Shown piece by piece: positions 12,272-22,573 of a stretch of 64,000 bases of DNA. This DNA is from Candidatus Kapaibacterium sp. (GTDB lineage Bacteria; Bacteroidota; Ignavibacteria; Kapaibacteriales; UBA2268). The stretch is from NCBI GenBank assembly GCA_937927515.1, contig CALBDO010000003.1, positions 1,066 to 65,065 on the forward strand, given 5' to 3'. Numbering within the stretch: the first letter of the stretch is position 1; every line of letters begins with the position of its first letter. Made by a program: the position numbers and the translations under genes. The notes below the pieces were generated by a model. The model saw only the letters and a program-made list of their open reading frames with translations. It did not search any database and was not told where the DNA came from.

Positions 12272-13645
12272 ATGAAAAACCTATTGTATATATTGTTTGT
12301 ATATTTTCTTTGTGCAACTACTTATGCACAAGATATATTTATTGAACGTACTGATGTCGATTCAAGTCGAAGTGGTTTTGTAACTGCAACATACAATTTT
12401 TCATTTAAAGTAAAATTAAAGAATGTACGAAATTGCACTGGTATCTCTTTTGTACTGCGCTACAACCAAACCGAATATGTAAAATTCTCCAATTATCGTA
12501 CATTGCCATTCAGTCGCTTTGGGTCTGTTTTTGTTTACCCTTTTTACAATCCAATAGATGGTTACGAAAGAATTTTTACAGGTATATTAAATGGCGATAC
12601 TGTAGGTGGTGTTGGAGAAACCAATCCAGAAGCTATTGAATTTGAGTTTTCTGTTGGTGCAAATGCACCAGAGAACACATTTGTGGAATTCTTTTTTGAG
12701 GATGCCGAGGCTGTTGTTTCCGATTCATCTTCTGGCAAAATTATCAAATTAAAATCAAACACTGTACTGTACAATATACACGGTTTTGTAAATGTTTGGC
12801 CTGGAGATGCGAATAACGATGGTATCGTCAATATCAATGATGTTTCTGTTGTTGCTTTATATTTGGGATATGGAGCAAACAAAAGCAATTTTCGTTCATT
12901 CCAAAGGAAAAATGCATCGACAGACTGGTTTGCCCAATCCTGCTTAGGATGGGATAGTCTGGCAATTACCTATGCTGATTGCGACGGGGATGGCGAGGTT
13001 ACTATAAACGATATGCTTATTATACCATTGAATTTTGGAAAGACTCACGTAAATCGTACACACTACTCCGCAGAAAACTCTTTAACTCAATTTAACGAAA
13101 TTCACTTAAAAGAACTTGTACGAGTTCCCTACAGCATCGAGTGCGAAGAACCCATTGTTGGTTTTATATCCGAAATGCCTACAAATCAGATTTTCATTAA
13201 CGTAAAAGAAATATTCCCACTTAACTCTTTTAACGACGATATCTTTACTGTTGTTGTAAATAATGAGCAAACAAAATATTTCCTATCTGGCTCGAGCCAA
13301 CATAATCCTCTTAACAATAGAATATTTGCATATTCAAACCAGCAGAATGTGCTCATTGGACGTGGAATAACAAAACAAGGGAAGATTGTCGCAGCAAAAT
13401 TGGTACCTCAAAATCTACTTTCAAAAGCAGATGAGATGCTAATTTTAGAAAATTTAGAAGGAATAAAAGATTTCCCTTTAAAAATTAAAATTTTCGACAT
13501 TTTGGGAGAAGAGAAATATTATACTCAGATTTACTCGTTTACTGAGTTACAAAATTCACTAGAAAATCTTCCAAGAGGTTTATATTTTATTCAACTCCAA
13601 AGCAATTGTAAACTCATACTTATTAAACACTTCAGTAATAACTAA
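12272..13645 (+). CDS. Secreted protein with cohesin-like N-domain, dockerin-like repeat and T9SS-like C-terminus
   Basis: Signal peptide; WPGDANNDGIVNINDV and ADCDGDGEVTINDM duplicated Ca-binding loops; C-terminal IFDILGE...LPRGLYFIQL. Confidence 0.65.
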   Translation: MKNLLYILFVYFLCATTYAQDIFIERTDVDSSRSGFVTATYNFSFKVKLKNVRNCTGISFVLRYNQTEYVKFSNYRTLPFSRFGSVFVYPFYNPIDGYERIFTGILNGDTVGGVGETNPEAIEFEFSVGANAPENTFVEFFFEDAEAVVSDSSSGKIIKLKSNTVLYNIHGFVNVWPGDANNDGIVNINDVSVVALYLGYGANKSNFRSFQRKNASTDWFAQSCLGWDSLAITYADCDGDGEVTINDMLIIPLNFGKTHVNRTHYSAENSLTQFNEIHLKELVRVPYSIECEEPIVGFISEMPTNQIFINVKEIFPLNSFNDDIFTVVVNNEQTKYFLSGSSQHNPLNNRIFAYSNQQNVLIGRGITKQGKIVAAKLVPQNLLSKADEMLILENLEGIKDFPLKIKIFDILGEEKYYTQIYSFTELQNSLENLPRGLYFIQLQSNCKLILIKHFSNN

Positions 13646-13729
13646 ATCAATTAAACCTAACTCTAAAAATTTTGTCTAAGTAATTATTGGTAATCCTTTT
13701 CGTTTATTTTGTATTAAAAAAATGCGAAA

Positions 13730-16234
13730 ATGAAAAAAATTTACTTATCAGTGGGATTTTGGTTGTTTTATATTTTTTTAAATTTTAACCTACTATGTCA
13801 AGAACAAAAACCGCTACTAAATGTTCAATCGGACCCAATTGGCGTAATTCGGGGCAAAGTCATTGATGACCAAACAAAAACTCCAATGGAGTATGTAAGC
13901 GTTCGTATAGTCCGATTTCGTGATTCATCTATTATTTCGGGTAGCTTATCAGATAAAAACGGTTATTTCGAAATAAAAAACATTCCCTATGGTAGATACT
14001 TTGCTGTAATCAAATTTATTGGTTTTAAAACAAAAATAATTGATTCAATTTTTGTTACTCCACGAAATCCTGAAATAAATTTAGGAATTATCCATTTTCA
14101 ACCCGAACCCATCAAAACCAAAGAGGTAGAGGTAACAGCACAAAAAGATATTGTGACTTATGCAATTGATAGAAGAATATACGATGTTTCGAAAGATTTG
14201 TCTTCTGTTGGAGGAAGTGCTCTCGATGTTCTAAGCAACGTTCCCTCTGTCTCTGTGGATATCGAAGGGAATATTTCTCTGCGTGGTAGCGGTAATGTAC
14301 AAATTTTAATCGATGGCAAGCCATCTTCGCTTCTTGGGTTCGACCGCGGTACAGCTCTTGAACAAATTCCCGCAGACAATATTGAACGAATAGAGGTTAT
14401 TACCAACCCCTCTGCAAAGTTCGACCCTGATGGAGTGGCTGGTATTATAAATATAATTTTGAAAAAAAGCACTATGCTTGGCTATGGAGCTATTTTAAAC
14501 GCAAATATTGGTACAGCAGACAAGTACAATGGTTCTGCTAATTTAAATTTAAGGACGGACAATTTCAACTCCACAATTGGTTATAGTTTTCGAGCCTTTA
14601 GTATGAGAGGTAACACCGAGGCAACACGAACCTCTTTCAATCCTGATTCTACCTTCCTAACGCAAAATCAAAACTTCCTCCGTAGAGGAAATTTCCAACG
14701 CATCCAATTCTCAAGCGAATGGGCTCCGAATCCCAGAAACTCCCTCATATTAAATACAAATCTTGGTTTTTTTGGTAGGAAAATGGACGATTCAACTGGG
14801 TATATGTTTGTTTTGCCTCAAACTTCAATTGCTGAGGATTACTATAGAAAAAACAACTCAAATGGGGATAACTTATCATACGATTTCAATCTATTTTACA
14901 AATACAACTTCGATAAGAAGGATAAAGAATTTACATCTAACATTATGTTTATGTCTTTCCGAGGCGAGGAGAACAATTTCTATAATGAATTCCATCCCGA
15001 AACGCTTGGAAAAGAATTCTTTCTTCTAAAACAAAATAATAAAATTAATTACATTAACGACAATTTTACTATTGAAATGAATTTCGTAAATCCCTTGGAT
15101 ATCGGTAAACTGGACCTTGGAGCAAAATTAAATATTCGAAAAATTGATATCGATTACTCATTATTATCCTGGGACATCATGAAGGAGATTTGGTTAATAA
15201 ACGACACATTGAGCAACAAATTTGGTTATAACGAAAACATACTTGCTTCCTATCTGACTTACTCTGGCAAATTTTCAAATTTTGGCTATCAATTTGGGCT
15301 AAGAGTTGAACAAACTTTTTCAGAATCTGACCAAAAGACGACCAACGAACAATTTAAAAATAATTATTTAAACTTATTCCCTACAATTCATTTAAGCTAT
15401 CAATTACATCCGTTAAGTAATCTGATGTTTAGTTATACTCGCCGAATTAACCGCCCCCAGTCTATGTATCTTAATCCATTTAAAGACTATTCAGACCCAC
15501 AAAACATTTCTCAAGGAAATCCATATTTAAAGCCAGAATTTGCTAACTCTTTTGAAATATCTAACTTAACATATATAGGCAAAAATTCCCTCAATATTAC
15601 CATATTTTATCGCTACACAACTGATATTATTTCGAGAATAACAAGACTCGACACAAGTAAACAATTTACATTAACTACTTATGAAAATTTAAATCAAAGC
15701 AAGAGTATGGGCTTCGAAACAATATTAAATAGTTCCCTATTTGATTTTTGGAAGGTTAACCTCAACTTTTCTTACTTTTATCTCGACATAAATGGGATAC
15801 CTATGTATGGTATACCCTCGAGAAATAGCAAAAGTTGGAACATCAAACTTAATTCGGTCATTAATATCACTCGAAACTTCAACCTTCAACTCAACTTGAC
15901 TTATGACTCTCCAACGGTCACCACTGGTGGTGGGGGGATGTTCTGGAGATACTTCCAAATGGGAAGCGTTGGCAAATTGGATGGAATATTTACGGCAAAT
16001 CTTTCCGCTAAATTTGATTTTCTTGATGATCGCGGTAGTATCACTTTCCGATTAGTAGATGTCTTCAAAACAATAAACTATAAACTAACAACAAACGGTT
16101 CAAACTTTGTTTCCAGCATTTACAGAACAAGAGAAAGTCGCATTGCCTTTCTAGGCTTAACTTACAAAATCAACGATTACAAACGCCCTAAAATCAAGAG
16201 ACCCGAGGATGTACAAGAAATAGAAATTGAGTAG
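13730..16234 (+). CDS. TonB-dependent receptor with N-terminal carboxypeptidase-regulatory-like domain
   Basis: Plug motifs ILIDGKPS and IERIEVITNPSAKFD; GNPYLKPEF; beta-barrel pattern. Confidence 0.9.
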   Translation: MKKIYLSVGFWLFYIFLNFNLLCQEQKPLLNVQSDPIGVIRGKVIDDQTKTPMEYVSVRIVRFRDSSIISGSLSDKNGYFEIKNIPYGRYFAVIKFIGFKTKIIDSIFVTPRNPEINLGIIHFQPEPIKTKEVEVTAQKDIVTYAIDRRIYDVSKDLSSVGGSALDVLSNVPSVSVDIEGNISLRGSGNVQILIDGKPSSLLGFDRGTALEQIPADNIERIEVITNPSAKFDPDGVAGIINIILKKSTMLGYGAILNANIGTADKYNGSANLNLRTDNFNSTIGYSFRAFSMRGNTEATRTSFNPDSTFLTQNQNFLRRGNFQRIQFSSEWAPNPRNSLILNTNLGFFGRKMDDSTGYMFVLPQTSIAEDYYRKNNSNGDNLSYDFNLFYKYNFDKKDKEFTSNIMFMSFRGEENNFYNEFHPETLGKEFFLLKQNNKINYINDNFTIEMNFVNPLDIGKLDLGAKLNIRKIDIDYSLLSWDIMKEIWLINDTLSNKFGYNENILASYLTYSGKFSNFGYQFGLRVEQTFSESDQKTTNEQFKNNYLNLFPTIHLSYQLHPLSNLMFSYTRRINRPQSMYLNPFKDYSDPQNISQGNPYLKPEFANSFEISNLTYIGKNSLNITIFYRYTTDIISRITRLDTSKQFTLTTYENLNQSKSMGFETILNSSLFDFWKVNLNFSYFYLDINGIPMYGIPSRNSKSWNIKLNSVINITRNFNLQLNLTYDSPTVTTGGGGMFWRYFQMGSVGKLDGIFTANLSAKFDFLDDRGSITFRLVDVFKTINYKLTTNGSNFVSSIYRTRESRIAFLGLTYKINDYKRPKIKRPEDVQEIEIE

Positions 16235-16583
16235 TAATCATACTGAATATCATAATCACCTGTCAGCCTTCATTAAGAAAATCCTTATTATTGAGAAACA
16301 TAAATATTTAAATTCGCTAAATCCCAATCTATTGTTCCTAGTAATTTTTATAAGTTATTGTATTAAATGGAAATAGTATAATTCGATTCTAGAAAATTTT
16401 CTCTGCTCTGAAAGACTAAATTTATTTAAATTACCCTATTAATTTTTATTACTAACGCATGGAAGTATATAAACACTTTTAAATAGTTTAATGCAGACAC
16501 TTAAAGGTTAGAAAAGGAAAATAACTTATCAGTCAAAAAATCTACTAAATGTCTTAATTTTGAATTTTTAAAAAACACTAAAA

Positions 16584-17129
16584 TTGGAAATTTGGGAAAC
16601 AATTGGTTACGGTGAATCATTCGATTTAAAGATTTTTACAGCAAAGTGGGTCGTTAGACGCAATCCAAAGAGTGGGAAAAAATCAAATTTTGTTGTTCTC
16701 GATTCACAAAATTGGGTCAACATCATTCCGATAACCAAAAATAATGAGGTTGTTTTAGTACGACAGTATAGACACGGAATAAACGAAATCACTCTTGAAA
16801 TTCCTGGTGGTTTAATCGATAAAAATGAAGTACCTATAGAGGCAGCAAAAAGAGAATGCAGGGAGGAAACTGGTTTTTGGTCGTATGAAGAACCAATTCT
16901 TTTAGGTAAAGTCCGTCCTAATCCAGCCTTTCTAACTAATACTTGTTATACTTATTTGTGGACAAATGTAGAAAAGAAATTCGAACCAAATTTCGATACA
17001 AACGAGGTTATAGAAGTCCTTCTTACGAAAGTAGAGTATTTAGAAAATCTAATACGAACCGGCAAAATAGACCATTCTATAGTTTTAAATGCATTACTGT
17101 TTTATTTTTTGCACTCAAAGCAAACATAA
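16584..17129 (+). CDS. NUDIX hydrolase (ADP-ribose pyrophosphatase-like)
   Basis: Nudix box GGLIDKNEVPIEAAKRECREETG; VRQYRHG and NPAF. Confidence 0.9.
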   Translation: MEIWETIGYGESFDLKIFTAKWVVRRNPKSGKKSNFVVLDSQNWVNIIPITKNNEVVLVRQYRHGINEITLEIPGGLIDKNEVPIEAAKRECREETGFWSYEEPILLGKVRPNPAFLTNTCYTYLWTNVEKKFEPNFDTNEVIEVLLTKVEYLENLIRTGKIDHSIVLNALLFYFLHSKQT

Positions 17130-17130
17130 C

Positions 17131-17913
17131 ATGGGGAAAATCATTGCCATAGCAAATCAAAAAGGAGGAGTTGGAAAAACAACAACGGCTATAAATCTCT
17201 CTGCATCCCTAGCTACAAATGGGTTAAGTGTACTACTAATTGATATAGACCCACAAGGCAATGCAACAAATGGATTCGGCTTTTCTCACACTCAAATCAA
17301 AGGTACAATTTACGAAATATTAATAGGAACAACGACATTTGAAGAAGCTATATTGGATACAGAAATTCAAAACTTAAAAATAATACCATCAAATATTAAT
17401 CTTGTTGGTGCAGAAATTGAATTGGTTAGCTTCAATAATAGAGAGAAAATTCTTAAAAGCAAAATACAAAGCGCAAGAGAAAATTTTGACTTCATATTTA
17501 TTGATTGTCCTCCATCGCTTGGTCTACTAACAGTTAATGCATTAACTTCTGCCGATAGTGTCATTATACCCGTACAATGTGAATATTACGCTCTTGAAGG
17601 TCTAAGTAAATTGCTCAACACAATTCATATGGTCCGAATTAGCTTAAATCCAGACCTTACTATCGAAGGTGTTCTGTTAACAATGTTCGATTCAAGATTA
17701 AGACTATCCAACCAAGTTGCTCAAGAAATTTGGAATTTATTTGGAAATAAAGCTTTTAAAACTGTAATAAATCGCAATGTTAGATTGTCCGAAGCACCAA
17801 GTCACGGCAAGCCCGTAATTTTATACGACCCGACAAGTATTGGTTGTAGAAACTATCTTGAACTTGCCCGAGAAATACTCGATAGGAACAACAAACAGGA
17901 ACAACATGGCTGA
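17131..17913 (+). CDS. parA: Chromosome partitioning ATPase ParA/Soj
   Basis: NQKGGVGKTTT, DIDPQGNAT, DCPPSLG and EAPSHG; likely start MGKII at 17131. Confidence 0.95.
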   Translation: MGKIIAIANQKGGVGKTTTAINLSASLATNGLSVLLIDIDPQGNATNGFGFSHTQIKGTIYEILIGTTTFEEAILDTEIQNLKIIPSNINLVGAEIELVSFNNREKILKSKIQSARENFDFIFIDCPPSLGLLTVNALTSADSVIIPVQCEYYALEGLSKLLNTIHMVRISLNPDLTIEGVLLTMFDSRLRLSNQVAQEIWNLFGNKAFKTVINRNVRLSEAPSHGKPVILYDPTSIGCRNYLELAREILDRNNKQEQHG

Positions 17914-18811
17914 AAAGAAGAAACAATTTGGACTTGGTAAGGGATTAAGTTCGTTAATACCGGGCGGTATTCTTTCCGGCGACGAAAGGACACAAATTTC
18001 AGAATACATAAGCGAGATTTTCAGGGAAGTTGATATTTCTCAAATTAGATTCAACCCGTACCAACCAAGAAAGGATTTCGATGAGCAAAACATAGAAGAA
18101 TTAGCAGAGTCGATTAAAATCAATGGAGTAATTCAACCGATAACATTAAGAAAAATCGACAGTGGATATCAGCTAATATCTGGTGAACGAAGAATTCGTG
18201 CTGCAGTTAAAGCTGGATTGACTAAAATTCCAGCTTTCATAATCAAAGTTGACGAAGACTATAAAATGTTAGAAATTGCATTAATAGAAAACATTCAGCG
18301 CGAGGATTTAAACCCAATCGACTTAGCTAACGGTTTAAAAAAATTAAGCGAAGAATTCAATCTGACCCAAGAAGAAATTGCCAAAAGAGTTGGAAAAGAC
18401 CGTTCTACAATTACCAATTTAATTCGCCTTCTAAAGCTTCCTATCCCAGTGCAAGATAGTCTCCGCAAAGGCGAAATATCAATTGGTCACGCAAAGGTTC
18501 TTCTTTCCCTTGCAAACGATGATGCAATAAAACTTATGTGGAAGAAAATTATAAAAGAAAATCTTTCGGTACGAGAAACTGAAAAAATTATTTCCAAGTT
18601 AATTCAAAAAAGTGAAACATTGGACAAACAATCTCATATACATAAACAAGATATCAACATAACCTACTTCGAAAAAGAAATCTCTAAGGCAATAGGAACT
18701 AAAGTGAGAATCCAAAACAAAAACAATAAAGGTAAAATCATTATTGATTATTATTCCCTCGAGGAACTGGAAAGAATTATTGAACAGCTACTGAAATCCT
18801 TTGAAAAATAA
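17906..18811 (+). CDS. parB: Chromosome partitioning protein ParB/Spo0J
   Basis: GLGKGLSSLI, NPYQPRKDF, GERRIRA, ENIQREDL and HTH; likely start 17906. Confidence 0.95.
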   Translation: MAEKKKQFGLGKGLSSLIPGGILSGDERTQISEYISEIFREVDISQIRFNPYQPRKDFDEQNIEELAESIKINGVIQPITLRKIDSGYQLISGERRIRAAVKAGLTKIPAFIIKVDEDYKMLEIALIENIQREDLNPIDLANGLKKLSEEFNLTQEEIAKRVGKDRSTITNLIRLLKLPIPVQDSLRKGEISIGHAKVLLSLANDDAIKLMWKKIIKENLSVRETEKIISKLIQKSETLDKQSHIHKQDINITYFEKEISKAIGTKVRIQNKNNKGKIIIDYYSLEELERIIEQLLKSFEK

Positions 18812-18842
18812 AAGCCAATTACATTAATTTAGTGTTGTATAG

Positions 18843-20675
18843 TTAAGCTTGATTTGAATGAAAGTACTCGTAAATGTTCTGAGCCAACTTATCTCCAACT
18901 ACGGCTTTTAATTCCTCTGGTGATTTGCCACTTATTGCAGCCACAGAACCAAAAGCATTTAAAAGCTTTTTTGCTACCTTCGCCCCTACACCTTTTATTT
19001 TTAAAAGTTCAGTTGTTATGGTGCGTTTTTCCCTTAGTTTCCTATGATAGCTAACTGCAAACCTGTGTGCTTCGTCACGAATTTGTTGAATTAACTGCAA
19101 AGTTGTCGAACTTCTGGGAAGAGCAATAGATTCCTTTAGGTCCAACTTAAAAATCTCTTCCAGTCTTTTTGCAATTCCGATAACATCTACTTTATCCAAA
19201 ATTTCAAGCTCCTTCAAAACAGATTCAGCTTCGTGAAGCTGTCCTTTACCACCATCTATTATAATTAAATTGGGTAATTCACCGTTTTCATCCAACAGTC
19301 TCCGATATCTTCTATAAATTGCTTCTCTCATTGCAGCATAATCATCATTCTGATTTACGGTCTTTATTTTGAATTTTCTGTAACCTCTTTTCCATGGTTT
19401 ACCATCTTTGAAAACTACCAAAGATGATACATAATCGCTTCCTTGTATGTGTGAGTTGTCAAAACATTCAATAATTCTTGGTGGAGTTTTCAACTGCAGC
19501 TCTTTTTGAAATTCAAATATTCTCTTTGGTAGTTCAGCATCCTTTTTCATCACAGCAAGTATGTATTCTTGCAATTGAAACTTTGCATTTTCATTTGCAA
19601 GATTAACTATTTTCTTCTTTTCACCAATTTTGGGAACAATGATATCAATCGGAGCACTTTTTTTAGACTTAATGTAGTCAGAAAGAAATTTTTCCTCTTG
19701 CAACTGCATTGGTAGTAAAATTTCTTCAGGGATGAATTCAGAGTCTAAGTAAAATTTCTCTAATCCAGCTTGTAGAATGTCGGCATCGTTTGCATTAAGC
19801 TTGTTCTTCAAAATAAAATGCCTTCTACCAACAAGTTTACCTTCCCGCACATTTAAAACAAGCACACAACTGTATTCCCCTTCCTTTGCAAAGCCAAAAA
19901 CATCTCTGTCAATCAACTCTGTTGTTACTATTTTTTGATGTTCTGTATAGTCTTTCAAAAGAAAATATTGGTTTCGGTAATATGCAGCTTGTTCAAAATT
20001 TAATTCCTCGACACATGATTCCATTTTGGCAAGTAAATCCTTTTCAATTATAGAAGTTTTACCATTAATTAAACTAATAGCATTTTTAACATTCTCAATA
20101 TACTTCTCTTTGGCGATAAGTCCCTCGCAAGGTCCATCACACTTTTTTATTTGATAGTCAAGACAGACTCTAAATTTACCAAGTTTAATTGACTCTTCTG
20201 TGAGTTTTAACTTACAACTTCTTAACTTAAAAATTGAGCGAACAAGCTTTATTAGTCTTTTCATGGACTTTACATCAGCATATGGTCCAAAATATTTCGA
20301 ACCATCCCGCACAACTCTTCTCGTCGAAAAAATTCTTGGATATTCCTCATTGGTAATTTTAATAAAGGGATAGGTTTTATCATCTCGAAGCATAACGTTG
20401 TATTTGGGCTTATATTTTTTAATTAATGTATCCTCCAATATTAGTGCCTCTGCCTCAGTATCTGTAACGATATACTCCAAATCGTAAATATTTCTTACCA
20501 AAGCTGTAGTTTTTGCATCATGATGTCTATTTGTCTGAAAATAGGACTTAACTCGATTCTTTAAATTCAAGGCTTTTCCAACATAGATAACCTTTCCATT
20601 CTTATTTTTGTAAATATAAACACCGGGTGACGTCGGTAAATAATTAAGTTTGTCCAGTATAGTCACTCCATCCAT
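18843..20675 (-). CDS. uvrC: Excinuclease ABC subunit C
   Basis: GIY-YIG domain (GVYIY...IYVGKA), ECFDNSH, DGGKGQ, RDEAHRFA and HhH. Confidence 0.96.
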   Translation of the reverse strand: MDGVTILDKLNYLPTSPGVYIYKNKNGKVIYVGKALNLKNRVKSYFQTNRHHDAKTTALVRNIYDLEYIVTDTEAEALILEDTLIKKYKPKYNVMLRDDKTYPFIKITNEEYPRIFSTRRVVRDGSKYFGPYADVKSMKRLIKLVRSIFKLRSCKLKLTEESIKLGKFRVCLDYQIKKCDGPCEGLIAKEKYIENVKNAISLINGKTSIIEKDLLAKMESCVEELNFEQAAYYRNQYFLLKDYTEHQKIVTTELIDRDVFGFAKEGEYSCVLVLNVREGKLVGRRHFILKNKLNANDADILQAGLEKFYLDSEFIPEEILLPMQLQEEKFLSDYIKSKKSAPIDIIVPKIGEKKKIVNLANENAKFQLQEYILAVMKKDAELPKRIFEFQKELQLKTPPRIIECFDNSHIQGSDYVSSLVVFKDGKPWKRGYRKFKIKTVNQNDDYAAMREAIYRRYRRLLDENGELPNLIIIDGGKGQLHEAESVLKELEILDKVDVIGIAKRLEEIFKLDLKESIALPRSSTTLQLIQQIRDEAHRFAVSYHRKLREKRTITTELLKIKGVGAKVAKKLLNAFGSVAAISGKSPEELKAVVGDKLAQNIYEYFHSNQA

Positions 20676-20831
20676 AGAGATTGAAAATTAAATTTAAAGT
20701 TACGAAAATTTAGAAACTTAATTGTTTAGTATAAATAATTCTCTCAAATCCTTGGAAATTATTTGCTTCGAAAACTTAAAATTTGTTTAATTCTTTTTCG
20801 ATAATTTTGTAATGTTTTAATCAAGTGTTGA

Positions 20832-21587
20832 ATGAAAACAAAAATTAAAGTAATTACTGTCGACTTTTGGAATACAATTTTCGATTCCTCTAACGGGATT
20901 GAAAGAAATAGCTTAAGGCAGCAAAAGTTAAAATCTACTTTTGAACTTTTAGGATTGCAAATCCCTGACCAAGATTATGAAAAAGCAATGCAAGACGCAT
21001 GGGAATACTTTAATAAAATCTGGCGAAGCGAAATGAGAACTATCTCCTCGCACGATGCTCTAAGTTTTTTTTGGAATTATTTCAATGCACCCAAAAACGA
21101 AGAGCTTCTTAATGACGCTATTAGAACCTTCGAACAAAGTATTCTAATCCATCCACCTAAATTAGTTGATGGAGTAAAGGATGCACTTGAAACACTCTCA
21201 AAAAAATATAAGCTTGCGATAGTCTCCGACACTGGTTTTTCCCCAGGAAGTGTTCTTAGAGAATTGCTTAATATAAATGGACTATTAGAGCTTTTCTCCT
21301 CATTTAGTTTTTCAAATGAAACTGGAATTGCTAAACCACACCCTAATGCATTCTTGAAAGTTTTGACCGAGCTGGACTGTCCCCCGGAAAAAGCCGTTCA
21401 CATTGGAGATATCGAGGAAACAGACATACAAGGAGCTAAAAACCTCAATATGTATGCCATTCGATTTATTGGCAATCATTTAGACTTTCTTAACGAAGAT
21501 TCCGAATTACACACCATTGCAGACTTTGTTGCCTCCTCTTGGAGTGAAGTCCTGGAAAAAATTAATGAAATTGAACGTAAGTTATGA
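20832..21587 (+). CDS. HAD-superfamily hydrolase
   Basis: DFWNT motif I, VSDT, KPHP and HIGDIEETDIQGA. Confidence 0.88.
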   Translation: MKTKIKVITVDFWNTIFDSSNGIERNSLRQQKLKSTFELLGLQIPDQDYEKAMQDAWEYFNKIWRSEMRTISSHDALSFFWNYFNAPKNEELLNDAIRTFEQSILIHPPKLVDGVKDALETLSKKYKLAIVSDTGFSPGSVLRELLNINGLLELFSSFSFSNETGIAKPHPNAFLKVLTELDCPPEKAVHIGDIEETDIQGAKNLNMYAIRFIGNHLDFLNEDSELHTIADFVASSWSEVLEKINEIERKL

Positions 21588-22183
21588 AAAATTTAAAAAA
21601 AATAGGGCTATTTGGGGGCTCATTCAATCCCATTCACATTGGTCATTTGATTGTTGCCAATTTCTTCGTATGTGAATTTGGATTAGATTATTGTTTCTTT
21701 GAACCTGCTTTTATCTCTCCATTCAAACTACATCAGCAGGACCTAGTCTCCGAGCAACACAGATTGAAAATGATTTCGTTAGCTATTAAAGGAAATCCAA
21801 AATTTAAAATCGACACATATGAAATCGAAAAAGCTGGAATATCGTATTCTTTCGAAACTATTCTTCATTTTAAAGCTAAATTCCCAAACTCTTCTATTTT
21901 CTTTTTAATAGGCTCGGACCAAATAGATAAATTTACTCAATGGAAAAATTGGAAAATAATTTTAGAAAACTCATTTCTTGTTGTAGCTAAACGTGTCTTC
22001 AAACCTATAAATAAAAATTTTGTGCCATTGGAATATGAAGAAAAGATTTACTTTTTAGACAATCCGATTATTGGAATAAGTTCTACACAAATACGTGAAT
22101 TTATAACCCGTGACATTCCCATTGACTACCTTGTACCAAAAGAGGTTAAAAAATATATCAATGATAACGAACTTTACAAATGA
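21584..22183 (+). CDS. nadD: Nicotinate-nucleotide adenylyltransferase
   Basis: GGSFNPIHIGH, IGSD and ISSTQIR. Confidence 0.93.
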   Translation: MKNLKKIGLFGGSFNPIHIGHLIVANFFVCEFGLDYCFFEPAFISPFKLHQQDLVSEQHRLKMISLAIKGNPKFKIDTYEIEKAGISYSFETILHFKAKFPNSSIFFLIGSDQIDKFTQWKNWKIILENSFLVVAKRVFKPINKNFVPLEYEEKIYFLDNPIIGISSTQIREFITRDIPIDYLVPKEVKKYINDNELYK

Positions 22184-22213
22184 GAGTTTCATTGAACTAT
22201 AAATAATTTTTCT

Positions 22214-22221
22214 TAATTTTG
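22214..22221 (+). promoter_or_regulatory. Bacteroidota-type -7 promoter element TAnnTTTG upstream of rpmG
   Basis: TAATTTTG. The same motif lies about 15-30 nt before starts at 16555, 20802, 36562, 43006 (+) and 11573-11580 (-). Confidence 0.6.
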
Positions 22222-22248
22222 TATTTCGATTGATAAAGGATATTTACA

Positions 22249-22428
22249 ATGGCCAAAAAAGAAGCAAGAATAATAGTTACACTTGAATGTACTGAGGCAA
22301 AAAAAGAAGGCAAACCTGCCTCTCGTTATACTACTACCAAAAATAAGAACAATACACCCGACCGGTTGGAATTGAAGAAATATAACCCATTTCTACGTAG
22401 ACACACAATCCATAGAGAAGTAAAATAA
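22249..22428 (+). CDS. rpmG: 50S ribosomal protein L33 (59 aa, non-zinc form)
   Basis: Below the ORF-track cutoff. Translates [59 protein letters not shown]; AAGGA SD upstream. Confidence 0.95.
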   Translation: MAKKEARIIVTLECTEAKKEGKPASRYTTTKNKNNTPDRLELKKYNPFLRRHTIHREVK

Positions 22429-22573
22429 CCTAAGTTACTGGTTTGCAATCACATTCAAGATTTACGTTTTGTACTATTTTACTTTTCACACACTTTTTAA
22501 CCTCTCGAAACTTTTTGTTTTTTCATATTCTAAAAAAATTTTAATTTGTTTTTTTAAATTATTCGAGGAAAAT

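Noticed and set aside
16235-16583. Possible oriC near parAB
   Set aside because: AT-rich, but no cluster of TTATCCACA DnaA boxes was seen.
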